64,000 nucleotides of DNA from an uncultured Alphaproteobacteria bacterium (GCA_963810085.1 CAWEMR010000005.1:378648-442647), one strand, 5' to 3'; positions 9,936 through 19,138 are shown, numbered from the stretch's first letter. Numbers and translations are program-made. Notes: generated by a model from the sequence alone, not told the origin.

Positions 9936-10297
9936 GAAGCTTTTTCCTGCGGCAGGTACAGTTTCACCGGGCGGATTTCGAACACGACCTTTTCGTCGCG
10001 CCCGATCTCTTTGGCGGTGGCGATGGCGTCCTCGAGCGAGCCGCAATCGATCAGATAGAAGCCGAGCAACGCCTCTTTGGTTTCCGCAAAAGGTCCATCG
10101 AGAACGACGGGATCGCGGCCCATACGCACCGTAGTTGAGGCAGTCGTCGGCATCAGGCGAACCGCCGGGCCGAGCTTGCCTTTGGCGGCAAGCTTGTCGG
10201 TTACCTTGGCGCGTTTGGCCAAAACCGCGTCGTCTTCCTCCTTGGTCCAGGAATTGACGATGGCTTCGTCATGGCAGCAGAGGAACGCGTAGAGCAT
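9932..10297 (-). CDS. YciI/DGPF-domain protein
   Basis: 121 aa with ...VLDGPFAETKEALLGFYLIDCGSLEDAI..., the YCII/DGPF signature. It is translationally coupled to the sigma factor gene. Confidence 0.8.
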   Translation of the reverse strand: MLYAFLCCHDEAIVNSWTKEEDDAVLAKRAKVTDKLAAKGKLGPAVRLMPTTASTTVRMGRDPVVLDGPFAETKEALLGFYLIDCGSLEDAIATAKEIGRDEKVVFEIRPVKLYLPQEKAS

Positions 10298-10319
10298 GGA
10301 GCTTCCCTTTCAGATCAAG

Positions 10320-10346
10320 GACGATCGACTATGCCCGATCCCGACA
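10320..10346 (-). promoter_or_regulatory. candidate ECF-type promoter (TGTCGG-N17-CGTC) upstream of the YciI-sigma operon
   Basis: The minus strand reads TGTCGGGATCGGGCATAGTCGATCGTC and ends about 23 nt before the YciI ATG. The CGTC -10 element and 17-nt spacing are typical of ECF promoters. This is pattern matching only. Confidence 0.3.
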
Positions 10347-10385
10347 AGTGGCCCAAAAATTTTGCGAGAAAGTTCCGCGCTCCGG

Positions 10386-10613
10386 CTAAGTCATTGACGC
10401 GACATAGGCATCGAGCCGGTCCAGCGACCGCATCAGTTCCCGCTCGACCCAGCATTCGAACATCGATGCCGGTTCCGTGCGGCCCGGCGCGACCGGCGCA
10501 AGCCATCGCCGGGACCACACCATCGCGCTGCCGAGGAAGTCCGTGACGGCAGCGACATGGCCGGCATATCGCATGTTGGCGAACATGTGACAGTACAGCA
10601 GCAATTCCAACAT
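10386..10613 (-). CDS. hypothetical 75-aa protein
   Basis: The internal ATG of ORF 10386..10673 is preceded by GGGGAGAAGGACA. GC3 is high (MLELLLYCHMFANMRYAGHVAAVTDFLGS...). I recognised no family. Confidence 0.4.
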   Translation of the reverse strand: MLELLLYCHMFANMRYAGHVAAVTDFLGSAMVWSRRWLAPVAPGRTEPASMFECWVERELMRSLDRLDAYVASMT

Positions 10614-10724
10614 TGTCCTTCTCCCCGTTGCTGCTTCTAAGACGACCGGCCATGCGCCAATCCGACATCCCATTCAAAAAAATCTCGCGTGCAAAAAAAT
10701 CTCGCGTGTTGGAGGACTCGCCGA

Positions 10725-11207
10725 CTAGGCTTGCGCCGCAACGAATTCGGCAAGCCGCGCCATGGTCTGCACCAGGCCTTTGTCGGCGCCGTACTCCTTG
10801 ATCACCCGATCGCGCTCGGCGGCGGACGGGAAATCGCCACGCCAGACCAGGCGCGTCTTGCCGCCAAGGTCCTCGAAAATCACGGTCTGCTTGAACTGCA
10901 CCGGTTCGACATCGTCGCCACCATCGTGGCGATAGACGATGCGCTCCGGCCGCACGATCTCTTCGAAGGTGACGCGGTTCTGATAATCGCGGCCGTCGGG
11001 ACCGTGCATGACGAAGCGCCACACGCCACCCGGCCGGAAGTCGAAGGCGCTGGTCGTCGTGGTGAAGCCATTCGGGCCCCACCATTGCGCCAGATGTTTG
11101 GGATCGGTCCACGCCGAGAACAGCAGATCGCGCGGCGCGTCGAACACGCGCATCCCGATGATCGAACGCGGGTCCTGATCGAGGTCGATGCCATTTGTCA
11201 CGCTCAT
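10725..11207 (-). CDS. SRPBCC / AHSA1 domain protein
   Basis: 160 aa with RVFDAPRDLLFSAWTDPKHLAQWWGPNGF. This is the classical partner of an upstream ArsR-family regulator. Confidence 0.8.
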   Translation of the reverse strand: MSVTNGIDLDQDPRSIIGMRVFDAPRDLLFSAWTDPKHLAQWWGPNGFTTTTSAFDFRPGGVWRFVMHGPDGRDYQNRVTFEEIVRPERIVYRHDGGDDVEPVQFKQTVIFEDLGGKTRLVWRGDFPSAAERDRVIKEYGADKGLVQTMARLAEFVAAQA

Positions 11208-11212
11208 CTCTC

Positions 11213-11548
11213 TTACTCATCGTCTTTGGCTTGAAGCTTTTTCAGATAGTCCTCGAGGTGATCGAGGCTCTCCTCGAAAAACCGCCGGTAGTTGCCGAGC
11301 CAGTCGTCGATGTCCTTAAGCGCCTTGGGCTCAATGCGGCAGGGCCGCCACTGCGCCTCGCGGCCGCGGGTGATGAGACCGGCGCGTTCCAAAACCTTCA
11401 GGTGCTTCGACACCGCCGGCAGGCTCATGGCGAAGGGCTTGGCGAGCTCGGTCACGGAGGTCTCGCCGAGCGCCAGACGGGCCAGGATGGCCCGGCGGGT
11501 AGGGTCCGAAAGGGCGGCGAAAGCGGTGTCCAGGCTCAATTTATCCAT
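11213..11548 (-). CDS. ArsR/SmtB-family transcriptional regulator
   Basis: 111 aa with FAALSDPTRRAILARLALGETSVTELAKPFAMSLPAVSKHLKVLERAGLI, a winged HTH. It lies 5 nt upstream of the AHSA1 gene. Confidence 0.85.
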   Translation of the reverse strand: MDKLSLDTAFAALSDPTRRAILARLALGETSVTELAKPFAMSLPAVSKHLKVLERAGLITRGREAQWRPCRIEPKALKDIDDWLGNYRRFFEESLDHLEDYLKKLQAKDDE

Positions 11549-11652
11549 CCGGTTAAATAACCGATTGGTTTAATACATTGGAGACCCTTCCCCGTCAAGC
11601 GGCCTTACGATCCCACCACGCGAAAATGCCTCGGCGCTGCTAAAACACCGGC

Positions 11653-13434
11653 ATGTCGTTCATTCGCATCTATCTCCGCGTCCTCGGCCTGCTGCACAGC
11701 GAGACCCGCCTCGCGGTGATGCTGGCGCTGGCCAATATCGTTCTGGCCGGCGCGCAATTCGTCGAGCCGGTGCTGTTCGGCCGCATCATCGACGCTCTGT
11801 CGGGCGCGCTGCCTGAGGGGCTGGCGCCGGCCGCCCGCGCGCTGGCTCCGCTGATGGGCGCCTGGGTCGCGTTCGGGCTTTTTATTATTGTCGCCGGCGC
11901 GCTGGTCGCCTGGTTCGCCGACCGCATGGCGCATCGCCGCCGCAACATGGTGCTGGCGGATTTCTTCGAGCACGTTTTGCAACTGCCGCTGGCCTATCAT
12001 TCCGGCGCTCATTCCGGCCGGCAGATGAAGATCATGCTGACCGGCACCGACACGCTGTGGTGGCTGTGGGTGCAGTTCTTCCGCGAGCACTTCGCCGCCT
12101 TTGTCTTCATTATCGTGCTGCTGCCGGCGACTTTGGTCCTGAACTGGCGGCTCGCTTTGCCGCTGCTCGTACTCTGCGTCGCCTTCACCGCGCTGACCGT
12201 GCTGGTCATCAACAAAGCCACCGCGCTGCAGCGCGCCGTCGAGCGGCATTATTCGGACCTCGCCGAAACCGCGGCCGATGCGCTCGGCAATGTCGCGCTG
12301 GTGCAGAGCTATGCCCGCATCGAGATCGAAGTCTCCGAGCTGAAGACGCTCGTCAATTCGCTCCTGCGCGCGCAGATGCCGGTGCTGTCGTGGTGGGCGA
12401 TCGCCGCGGTGCTGACGCGCGCCGCGACCACGCTGACCTTGCTCGTGATCCTCGTGTCCGGCACCTATCTCAAGCTCTTAGGCCTCGCCTCGGTCGGCGA
12501 GATCGTGAGCTTCATGGCCATCGCATCGCTGCTGATCGCGCGGCTCGAGCAGATCGTGAGCTTCGCCAATCGCCTGTTCATGGACTCACCGAAGCTTGCC
12601 GAATTTTTCGAAGTGCTCGACACGGTGCCCGCGGTGCGCGACCGGACCGACGCGGTCGATCCCGGCCGCGTGCGCGGCCTAGTCGAATTCAACGACGTGT
12701 CGTTTTCCTATGACGGCAAGCGATCCGCGGCGGCGGATCTCACCTTCACCGCACTGCCAGGCGAGACCATCGCGCTGGTCGGCCCGACCGGCAGCGGCAA
12801 ATCGACCGCGCTGGCGCTGCTGCACCGCGCGTTCGATCCGCAATCCGGCATCATCAAAGTCGACGGCATGGATATTCGCAGCTTCACGCTCACGGGGCTG
12901 CGCCGCAATATCGGCGTCGTGTTCCAGGAGACGCTCCTCTTTAACCGCTCGATCGCGGAGAATTTGCGCGTCGGCAAGCCGGATGCTACCGAAGCCGAGA
13001 TGCGCGACGCCGCCGGGCGCGCGCAGGCGCTCGACTTCATCGACCGCAAGCCCGACCGTTTCTCCGCACCCATCGGCGAGCGCGGGCGGCTGCTCTCCGG
13101 CGGCGAGCGCCAGCGGCTCGCCATCGCGCGCGCTTTATTAAAAAATCCGCCGATCCTGATTCTCGACGAAGCGACGAGTGCGCTCGATCCGGTGACCGAA
13201 GCGAAGGTGACGCAAGCGCTCGACGAAGTGATGAAGGGCCGGACCACTTTCGTCATCGCGCACCGGCTTGCTACCGTGCGCAATGCGACGCGGATTCTGG
13301 TGTTTCAGGACGGGCGGATTATCGAGAGCGGCACATTCGACGAACTCGTGCAGCGCGGCGGCTTTTTTGCCGAACTCGTGCACGCGCAGTTTTCGCTGCC
13401 TTCACCTCCCCCCGCCAGCGGGGAGAGGTGCTAG
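11653..13434 (+). CDS. ndvA: ABC exporter (fused permease/ATPase), cyclic beta-1,2-glucan exporter NdvA/ChvA-like
   Basis: 593 aa with six N-terminal TM helices, Walker [10 protein letters not shown], signature LSGGERQR and Walker [10 protein letters not shown]. The N-terminus (..[16 protein letters not shown]) resembles NdvA as I remember it. Confidence 0.65.
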   Translation: MSFIRIYLRVLGLLHSETRLAVMLALANIVLAGAQFVEPVLFGRIIDALSGALPEGLAPAARALAPLMGAWVAFGLFIIVAGALVAWFADRMAHRRRNMVLADFFEHVLQLPLAYHSGAHSGRQMKIMLTGTDTLWWLWVQFFREHFAAFVFIIVLLPATLVLNWRLALPLLVLCVAFTALTVLVINKATALQRAVERHYSDLAETAADALGNVALVQSYARIEIEVSELKTLVNSLLRAQMPVLSWWAIAAVLTRAATTLTLLVILVSGTYLKLLGLASVGEIVSFMAIASLLIARLEQIVSFANRLFMDSPKLAEFFEVLDTVPAVRDRTDAVDPGRVRGLVEFNDVSFSYDGKRSAAADLTFTALPGETIALVGPTGSGKSTALALLHRAFDPQSGIIKVDGMDIRSFTLTGLRRNIGVVFQETLLFNRSIAENLRVGKPDATEAEMRDAAGRAQALDFIDRKPDRFSAPIGERGRLLSGGERQRLAIARALLKNPPILILDEATSALDPVTEAKVTQALDEVMKGRTTFVIAHRLATVRNATRILVFQDGRIIESGTFDELVQRGGFFAELVHAQFSLPSPPPASGERC

Positions 13435-14597
13435 CGCAGCCGCTCCAAAATACTCACGTAATTCGCCACCGCCGCCCCGCCCATATTGAAAATGCCGCCG
13501 AGCTTGGCGTCTTTCACCTGCATGTCGCCTGCTGTGCCGGTGAGCTGCATCGCGGTGATGGCATGCATCGACACGCCGGTGGCGCCGATCGGATGGCCTT
13601 TGGACTTGAGCCCGCCGGACGGATTGATCGGCAGCTTGCCGTTCTTGGCGACCACGCCGTCGGCAATGACGCGCGCGCCCTGCCCTTCCGGCGCCAATCC
13701 CATCGCCTCATATTCGATCAGTTCGGCGATGGTGAAGCAGTCATGCACTTCGGCAAACGACAAATCCTGCAAGGCGATGCCGGCTTGCGCAAGCGCGCGC
13801 TGCCAGGCCAATGCACAGCCTTCGAATTTCAAAATGTCGCGCCGCGACATCGGCAGAAAATCCTGCACGTGCTGCGCGGCGCGGAACACGATAGCCTTGT
13901 TCAACGTCAGCGCGGTCTCGACATCAGCCAGAACCACAGCGGCGGCGCCGTCGGAGACCAGCGAGCAATCGGTGCGCTTCAGGGGACCCGCGACAATCGG
14001 ATTCTTCTCGCTCTCGGCGCGGCAGAAATCGTAACCGAGGTCTTTTCGGATCTGCGCATAGGGATTGCCGACGCCATTCTTGTGATTCTTCGCGGCGATG
14101 CGGGCGAGCGCATCGGACTGATCGCCCCAGCGCTGGAAATAAAGTCCGGCAATCTTGCCGAAAATACCGGCGAAGCCGCCGTCGATATCGGCTTCTTCGC
14201 GCACATAGGAAGCTTTGAGGAGATTACGGCCAATTTCGGCGGGCGGCGTGGCCGTCATCTGCTCGACGCCGACCACGAGCGCAATTCTTGCCGATCGCGC
14301 TGCGATCGATTGCAGCGCCCCATGGACGGCCGCCGAACCGGTGGCGCAGGCATTCTCCACCCGCGTGGCGCGCTTGAAGCGGAGATCCGGCGAGGCCTGC
14401 AACACCAGCGAAGCGGTAAAATCCTGCGCCGAGAAGCCGGCGTTGAAATGCCCGAGCACGATTTCGTCGACATCCTTGGCCGCGATCCCGGCATCGGCCA
14501 GCGCCTCGCCGGCGACCCGCACGATGAGGCTCTCGACGGTCTCGGCCGTCAGCTTGCCGAAGGGCGTGTGCGCCCAGCCCACGATACAGGCCGTCAT
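13431..14597 (-). CDS. thiolase-like protein (SCP-x / acetyl-CoA acetyltransferase family)
   Basis: The start was taken at M35 of ORF 13431..14699 ([15 protein letters not shown]...) with AAAGGGAG upstream. An active-site-type [11 protein letters not shown] is present and the C-terminus is thiolase-like. Confidence 0.8.
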   Translation of the reverse strand: MTACIVGWAHTPFGKLTAETVESLIVRVAGEALADAGIAAKDVDEIVLGHFNAGFSAQDFTASLVLQASPDLRFKRATRVENACATGSAAVHGALQSIAARSARIALVVGVEQMTATPPAEIGRNLLKASYVREEADIDGGFAGIFGKIAGLYFQRWGDQSDALARIAAKNHKNGVGNPYAQIRKDLGYDFCRAESEKNPIVAGPLKRTDCSLVSDGAAAVVLADVETALTLNKAIVFRAAQHVQDFLPMSRRDILKFEGCALAWQRALAQAGIALQDLSFAEVHDCFTIAELIEYEAMGLAPEGQGARVIADGVVAKNGKLPINPSGGLKSKGHPIGATGVSMHAITAMQLTGTAGDMQVKDAKLGGIFNMGGAAVANYVSILERLR

Positions 14598-14837
14598 AAT
14601 CGCTCCCTTTGCTCTTCGCATCGGCGCAATCTGCCGAATTTTCGTCGTTTTTATCCAGCTTTTCCTTTGGCTTAGCCGTCGACGGAATCCACAACGCACC
14701 TCACACTACGTCTATTCGCCTTTGCCTTCGAGCCCGGCTTTGGTTTAGATAGGGATGCGCCCGCGCTACGTGAACCGACCCCTTTGCGGCCCCGACCGAC
14801 TTGAACAGGGCCCGACCAACCAAACGGACCGCGACAC

Positions 14838-16265
14838 GTGATTTGCAAAGCTTCTCTCCGGGCGCAGGTGCTCGGCATCGTTATCGGATTTGTCGCGCTT
14901 GCGGCCATGACACTGGGCTTGACGCTGGGCTTGGCGACGTCGGCACGCGCCATGGCCCTCATCCTGATCGACGCCGATACCGGCAAGGTTTTGCGCGCCG
15001 AGAACGCGACCTATCCGTGGTATCCGGCGTCGACGACCAAGCTGATGACGCTCTATATGACATTGAACGCCCTGCGCGACCACCGCATCACACCCGACAC
15101 GGTGTTTACGGTGTCGCCGAATTCGAACGCGCAGGCGCCGGTCAAGATGGGCTTTCCGGTCGGCACGCAAGTCACCGTCGATAACGCCATCAAGATGATG
15201 ATGGTGAAATCGGCAAACGACATGGCGGTGCTGCTCGCCGAAGGCGTCGGCGGCTCGATCGACGACTTCGCCCAGCAAATGACCGACACCGCGCATCGGC
15301 TCGGCATGAGCGAATCGAATTTCGTCAATCCGAACGGGCTGCCGGCCGACGGCCAGATCATGTCGGCGCGCGACCTCGCCATTCTCGCCCGCGCGCTCAT
15401 TCGCGAATTCCCGCAATACAGCTTCTATTGGCACATTCCGGCGATCAAATTCGGCCGCCGCGTCGTGCGCAATTACAATCCGCTGATCGGCCGCTATGCC
15501 GGCGCCGACGGCATGAAGACGGGCTTCATCTGCGCCTCCGGCTTCAACATGGTCGCGACCGCAACTCGCGATAACAAGCAGCTCATCGCGGTGGTGCTCG
15601 GCGCTTCGTCATCCTCGGCGCGCGCGGTGAAAGCGGCGGAACTGCTCGAAGGCGGCTTCGCCGGCAAATCGCTAGCGTGGTTGACGCCGTCGCTCGGCAC
15701 CGTCGATCAGCTCGCGCCGATGGACGCGACGCCGCCCAATCTAAAGGACAATATGTGCGGGCCGCATCGCAAGCGCGCGGCGACCGAAGAAGACGATCCG
15801 GACGCCGTCGACGACAGCGGCAATGCCGCGACCGCCGCCAGCGAAGGCGGTTCGCAATTCTCGGTGCTGCTCTCGGCGCTGCGCGCGCCGACGCCGAAGA
15901 ATATGGCTTTGCTGCCTGACCCCGGCCCGGTGGTGCCGACCGTTGTCTATACCGGACCGACGCGCACGCCGGCGCAAGTCGATGCACTCGCCGCCGTACC
16001 CGAAGCCGCCGATCCGGCCCCGAAGAAAGCCAAGAAGAAGGCCGCCAAGGCCAATACCAAGGCCGCGGCTGTCACTCCGCCCGCCCAGAACACGGCACAA
16101 AGCGCAACACAGGGCGCGGCACAAGGCGCGGCGACTGTTACCGGACAGACCAAGCCCGGCAAGGCGACCGGCAGCAATATTCATTTCACGCCGTCGTCGG
16201 CGTCTGCGGCCGGCGCTCCCGCCGCGGCGCAGAAGAAGCCGAAGCCTGTTGCGCCGGCGCAGTGA
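14838..16265 (+). CDS. D-alanyl-D-alanine carboxypeptidase (PBP5/6, peptidase S11) with a low-complexity C-terminal tail
   Basis: GTG start. Signal/TM segment, SxxK (ASTTK), SxN (SAN) and KTG (MKTGF) motifs. The last roughly 150 aa are Ala/Pro/Lys-rich. Confidence 0.85.
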   Translation: MICKASLRAQVLGIVIGFVALAAMTLGLTLGLATSARAMALILIDADTGKVLRAENATYPWYPASTTKLMTLYMTLNALRDHRITPDTVFTVSPNSNAQAPVKMGFPVGTQVTVDNAIKMMMVKSANDMAVLLAEGVGGSIDDFAQQMTDTAHRLGMSESNFVNPNGLPADGQIMSARDLAILARALIREFPQYSFYWHIPAIKFGRRVVRNYNPLIGRYAGADGMKTGFICASGFNMVATATRDNKQLIAVVLGASSSSARAVKAAELLEGGFAGKSLAWLTPSLGTVDQLAPMDATPPNLKDNMCGPHRKRAATEEDDPDAVDDSGNAATAASEGGSQFSVLLSALRAPTPKNMALLPDPGPVVPTVVYTGPTRTPAQVDALAAVPEAADPAPKKAKKKAAKANTKAAAVTPPAQNTAQSATQGAAQGAATVTGQTKPGKATGSNIHFTPSSASAAGAPAAAQKKPKPVAPAQ

Positions 16266-16282
16266 CGCCCGCAGTCACTGGT

Positions 16283-16312
16283 CCTGCGCTTGGGAGGCTC
16301 TGCGCAGGTTTG
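16283..16312 (+). terminator. weak hairpin plus short T-run after the carboxypeptidase gene
   Basis: CCTGCGC-N12-GCGCAGG followed by TTTG. It lies in the 87-bp convergent spacer, which also contains imperfect TTTGCTC(T)GCGCGG-like repeats. Confidence 0.3.
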
Positions 16313-16352
16313 CTCTGCGCGGCTTTGCTCCGCGGGATTTGGGCGGTTCGCC

Positions 16353-17333
16353 TTACTCGACTTTGATATTTGCCGCATCGATCACCCTTTTCCACTTTTC
16401 AAACTCGCCGCGCATCATGTCTGAAAACGCCTGAGGACTACCGGCGATCGAGTAGATAAAGCTTGGCTCGAGTATCTTCTGCTGAAACGCGTCGTTGTTG
16501 AAAGCAGCCTGGGTGTCTTTGCTGATCTTGGCAACGACGTCCGCCGGCGTGCCCTTCGGGGCGACCAGGCCATACCAGGAGCCGGTCTCAAATCCCTGAA
16601 GCCCGTTCTCGGCCAGCGTCGGCGTGTTCGGAAACTGCTTGAGCCGGTCTTTGCTGCCGATCGCCAGCACTTTCAACAAACCCGCCTGCCAAGGTTGCGC
16701 GACCAAGCCGACGCTGACGATCATGAACTGGATATGCCCGCCCAAGAGATCGTTGATGGCCGGCGTCGCGCCGCCATAATGCACCGGCGTGAATTTGGCG
16801 CCGGTCATCATTTGTATCAATTCGATATTCAAATGACCGCTGGAACCGATGCCGAAGGTTCCGTAGTTGAGCGCGCCCGGCTGCTTGCGGCCATAGGCCA
16901 TCAGATCCGCAACACTGCTGACCGGCACGCTGGGATTGACCACGAGCGCTTGCGGGCTGACGCCAAGGCCGCTGATGGGCACGAAGTCCTGCAGCGGATC
17001 GTATTTCATGTTGCTGTAAAGATGCGGCCCCATCACGAAGGTGGTGTCGGCGCTAACCAACAGCGTATAGCCGTCGGGCGGCGATCGCGTCACGTATTCC
17101 GCGCCGATCTGCGAGTTGCCGCCGGGCCGATTCTCGACAATGACCTGCTGTCCCCAGCGGTCGGTGAGCTGCTGCGCAAGCGAGCGGGCCAGGATGTCGG
17201 TTATCCCGCCTGCCGCGAATGGCACGATGATCCGCACGGACTTGACCGGATAAGTCTGCGCCACGGCCGACATGTCGAGTGCGAAGAGCAGAACCAAGAC
17301 CCGCGCGACAACTTTGAAAATTCTCACCTTCAC
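16353..17333 (-). CDS. Bug-family (TctC) tripartite tricarboxylate transporter substrate-binding protein
   Basis: 326 aa with a signal peptide and YPVKSVRIIVPFAAGGITDILARSLAQQL...VENRPGGN...PDGYTLLV. Confidence 0.85.
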   Translation of the reverse strand: MKVRIFKVVARVLVLLFALDMSAVAQTYPVKSVRIIVPFAAGGITDILARSLAQQLTDRWGQQVIVENRPGGNSQIGAEYVTRSPPDGYTLLVSADTTFVMGPHLYSNMKYDPLQDFVPISGLGVSPQALVVNPSVPVSSVADLMAYGRKQPGALNYGTFGIGSSGHLNIELIQMMTGAKFTPVHYGGATPAINDLLGGHIQFMIVSVGLVAQPWQAGLLKVLAIGSKDRLKQFPNTPTLAENGLQGFETGSWYGLVAPKGTPADVVAKISKDTQAAFNNDAFQQKILEPSFIYSIAGSPQAFSDMMRGEFEKWKRVIDAANIKVE

Positions 17334-17445
17334 GAACCTCCGCCAGGATCAGGAAATTCGAGTTTAGCAGGAATCGCGCACCGGAGTGTCGATTGACGCG
17401 GGCCGTGCTAGAACAGCCGCCGCCAAGCCGGAGAACCGAGGCAGC

Positions 17446-18255
17446 ATGAACGACAAAGTGACAATTCCCGCGTTGCAGGCGATGAAGCGCGAAGGCAACA
17501 AGAGCATTGGTCTCGTCGCCTGGGATTATCAGATCGCGCGCATCGCCGACCGCGCCGGATTCGATTTCATCTCGGTCGGCAATTCCGTCGGCGTCAATCT
17601 ATGGGGCCGCGACGACGTGCTCGACGTCACGCTCGACGAGATCCTGATCTGCTGCAAGGCGGTGCGGCGCGGCACCGCGCGCGCATTGGTCAGTTGCGAC
17701 ATGCCGTATGGCCCGGCGCAGCAGGGCGCCGACGCGGCGCTTGCCGCCGCGCATCGCCTCGTCAACGATGGCGGCGCCGACATGATCAAGGTCGATGCCG
17801 CGGCGGAGTTTCCGCAAGTCGTGCGCGCGCTGGTGCGCGAGGGCATTGCGGTGTTCGCGCAATTCGGCCTGACGCCGCAGACCGCCGGCAAATACGGCAT
17901 TCCCTATAGCGCGCAGAATTCGCCGGAGGCGCAGGCCAGTGCGGAAGCCGCGGCCAAGCTCGTCGACGAGGCGAAGCTGCTCGAAGACGCCGGCGCGAGC
18001 CTGCTCGATTTCACCAATTCCGGTCCCGTCGCCGGCGCCGCGGTGGTCGCCGCGGTGAAAATCCCGGTGATCGGCGGCTTCGGCGGCGGGCCGTGGCTCG
18101 ACGGCCGCGTGCGGCTCGTCCACACCGCGCTTGGCTATGGCGACAAGTGGCTCAACTCCAAGACCGACACTTACACCAACACCGCGAAAGCCGCGCTCGG
18201 CGCCTTTGCCGCGCTGATCGCGGATGCGCGGGCCGGCCGTCAGATCAAGGGTTGA
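17446..18255 (+). CDS. divergent PanB-like protein (3-methyl-2-oxobutanoate hydroxymethyltransferase family)
   Basis: The start was taken at M21 of ORF 17386..18255, with GGAGAA upstream. The layout is PanB-like (..DYQIARIADRAGFDFISVGNSVG..., FGLTPQT, IPVIGGFGGG), but the canonical GDS and KLEGG motifs read GNS and KVDAA. Confidence 0.6.
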   Translation: MNDKVTIPALQAMKREGNKSIGLVAWDYQIARIADRAGFDFISVGNSVGVNLWGRDDVLDVTLDEILICCKAVRRGTARALVSCDMPYGPAQQGADAALAAAHRLVNDGGADMIKVDAAAEFPQVVRALVREGIAVFAQFGLTPQTAGKYGIPYSAQNSPEAQASAEAAAKLVDEAKLLEDAGASLLDFTNSGPVAGAAVVAAVKIPVIGGFGGGPWLDGRVRLVHTALGYGDKWLNSKTDTYTNTAKAALGAFAALIADARAGRQIKG

Positions 18256-18262
18256 GGTCCAA

Positions 18263-19120
18263 ATGCCGAATGTCGACATCGACGGCATCACCACGCGTTA
18301 CGAGATTAAAGGCTCTGGCTCGCCGATCCTGATGTACGCGCCGGGCGGCTTCAATGCGGTGGTCGAAGCCTGGTCGACGCTCGGCATCTACGCCAAGGTG
18401 AAGCTGCTCGATCATCTGCCACAGAAATTCACCTGCATCCTGTTCGACCGCCGCGAATGCGGCCAATCCGGCGGCCGCGTCGAACGCGTGACCTGGAAGC
18501 ACTTCGTCGCCCAGGGCAAAGGCCTGCTCGATCATTTGGGCATTGCGCGCGCCCATATCATGGGCGGTTGCATGGGCGCCGCGCCGGTCGCGGCGTTCGG
18601 CACCGCACATCCGCAAATGGTCGCAAGCATGATCCTCTATTGGCCGGTCGGCGGCTACAAATACCGCGTCTCGAGCCACAAGCGCTTTGCCGAACATATC
18701 GGCTTCGTGCGTGGCCAGGGGCTGCAAGCCGTCGTCGACCTGGTGCAGCGCGAAGGCAAGCCGTTCGGGGCCGACCCGCGCGGCGGGCCCTGGGCCTCGG
18801 TCATCAAGCGCGATGCCGCCTTCGCCGCGTCCTATGCCGCACAAGATGCGGACGGGTATGTTCGCATCTGCGAAGGCATGCGGAATGCGCTGTTCGACCG
18901 CGATACAGCCCCCGGCGCCGAGCCCCAAGACCTGGTCCATACCGAAATACCGGCCCTTGTCGTGCCCGGGCACGACGATTCCCATGCGACTTCGGCGGCG
19001 CGCTATCTGGACGAATGCCTGCCACTTTCGGAATATTGGGATATGCCGGTGGAGCGGCAGACCGAGGACGCGACCAACGCGCGCGTATTGGAATTTTTGG
19101 CTAAAGTGGCGACTGCATGA
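18263..19120 (+). CDS. alpha/beta-hydrolase fold protein with Cys at the nucleophile elbow
   Basis: The start was taken at M14 of ORF 18224..19120, with GAGG upstream. The nucleophile-elbow context HIMGGCMGAAPVAAFG aligns with the usual G-x-S-x-G. Confidence 0.7.
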   Translation: MPNVDIDGITTRYEIKGSGSPILMYAPGGFNAVVEAWSTLGIYAKVKLLDHLPQKFTCILFDRRECGQSGGRVERVTWKHFVAQGKGLLDHLGIARAHIMGGCMGAAPVAAFGTAHPQMVASMILYWPVGGYKYRVSSHKRFAEHIGFVRGQGLQAVVDLVQREGKPFGADPRGGPWASVIKRDAAFAASYAAQDADGYVRICEGMRNALFDRDTAPGAEPQDLVHTEIPALVVPGHDDSHATSAARYLDECLPLSEYWDMPVERQTEDATNARVLEFLAKVATA

Positions 19121-19138
19121 TCCCGAAAAGCCGGTAGG

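Noticed and set aside
9901-9961. Apparent 1-nt frame break at the YciI/sigma junction when I hand-translated the printed sequence line
   Set aside because: The ORF track gives continuous frames for both genes and a clean ATGA overlap at 9932-9935. I attribute the discrepancy to my own reading of that line, and I used ORF-track coordinates and residue counting for all starts.
11549-11652. ArsR operator in the arsR/ndvA divergent spacer (GGTTAAATAACCGATTGGTTTAAT)
   Set aside because: I could see only short imperfect inverted repeats (GGTTA..TAACC). This is too weak to call without comparative data.
13428-14675. 415-aa plus-strand ORF. The similar long antisense ORFs 20201..21427, 45288..46604, 33823..34170 (upstream part) and 2284..3114 are rejected for the same reason.
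   Set aside because: All lie opposite to or overlap genes with strong family signatures, and all show antisense-type amino-acid bias.
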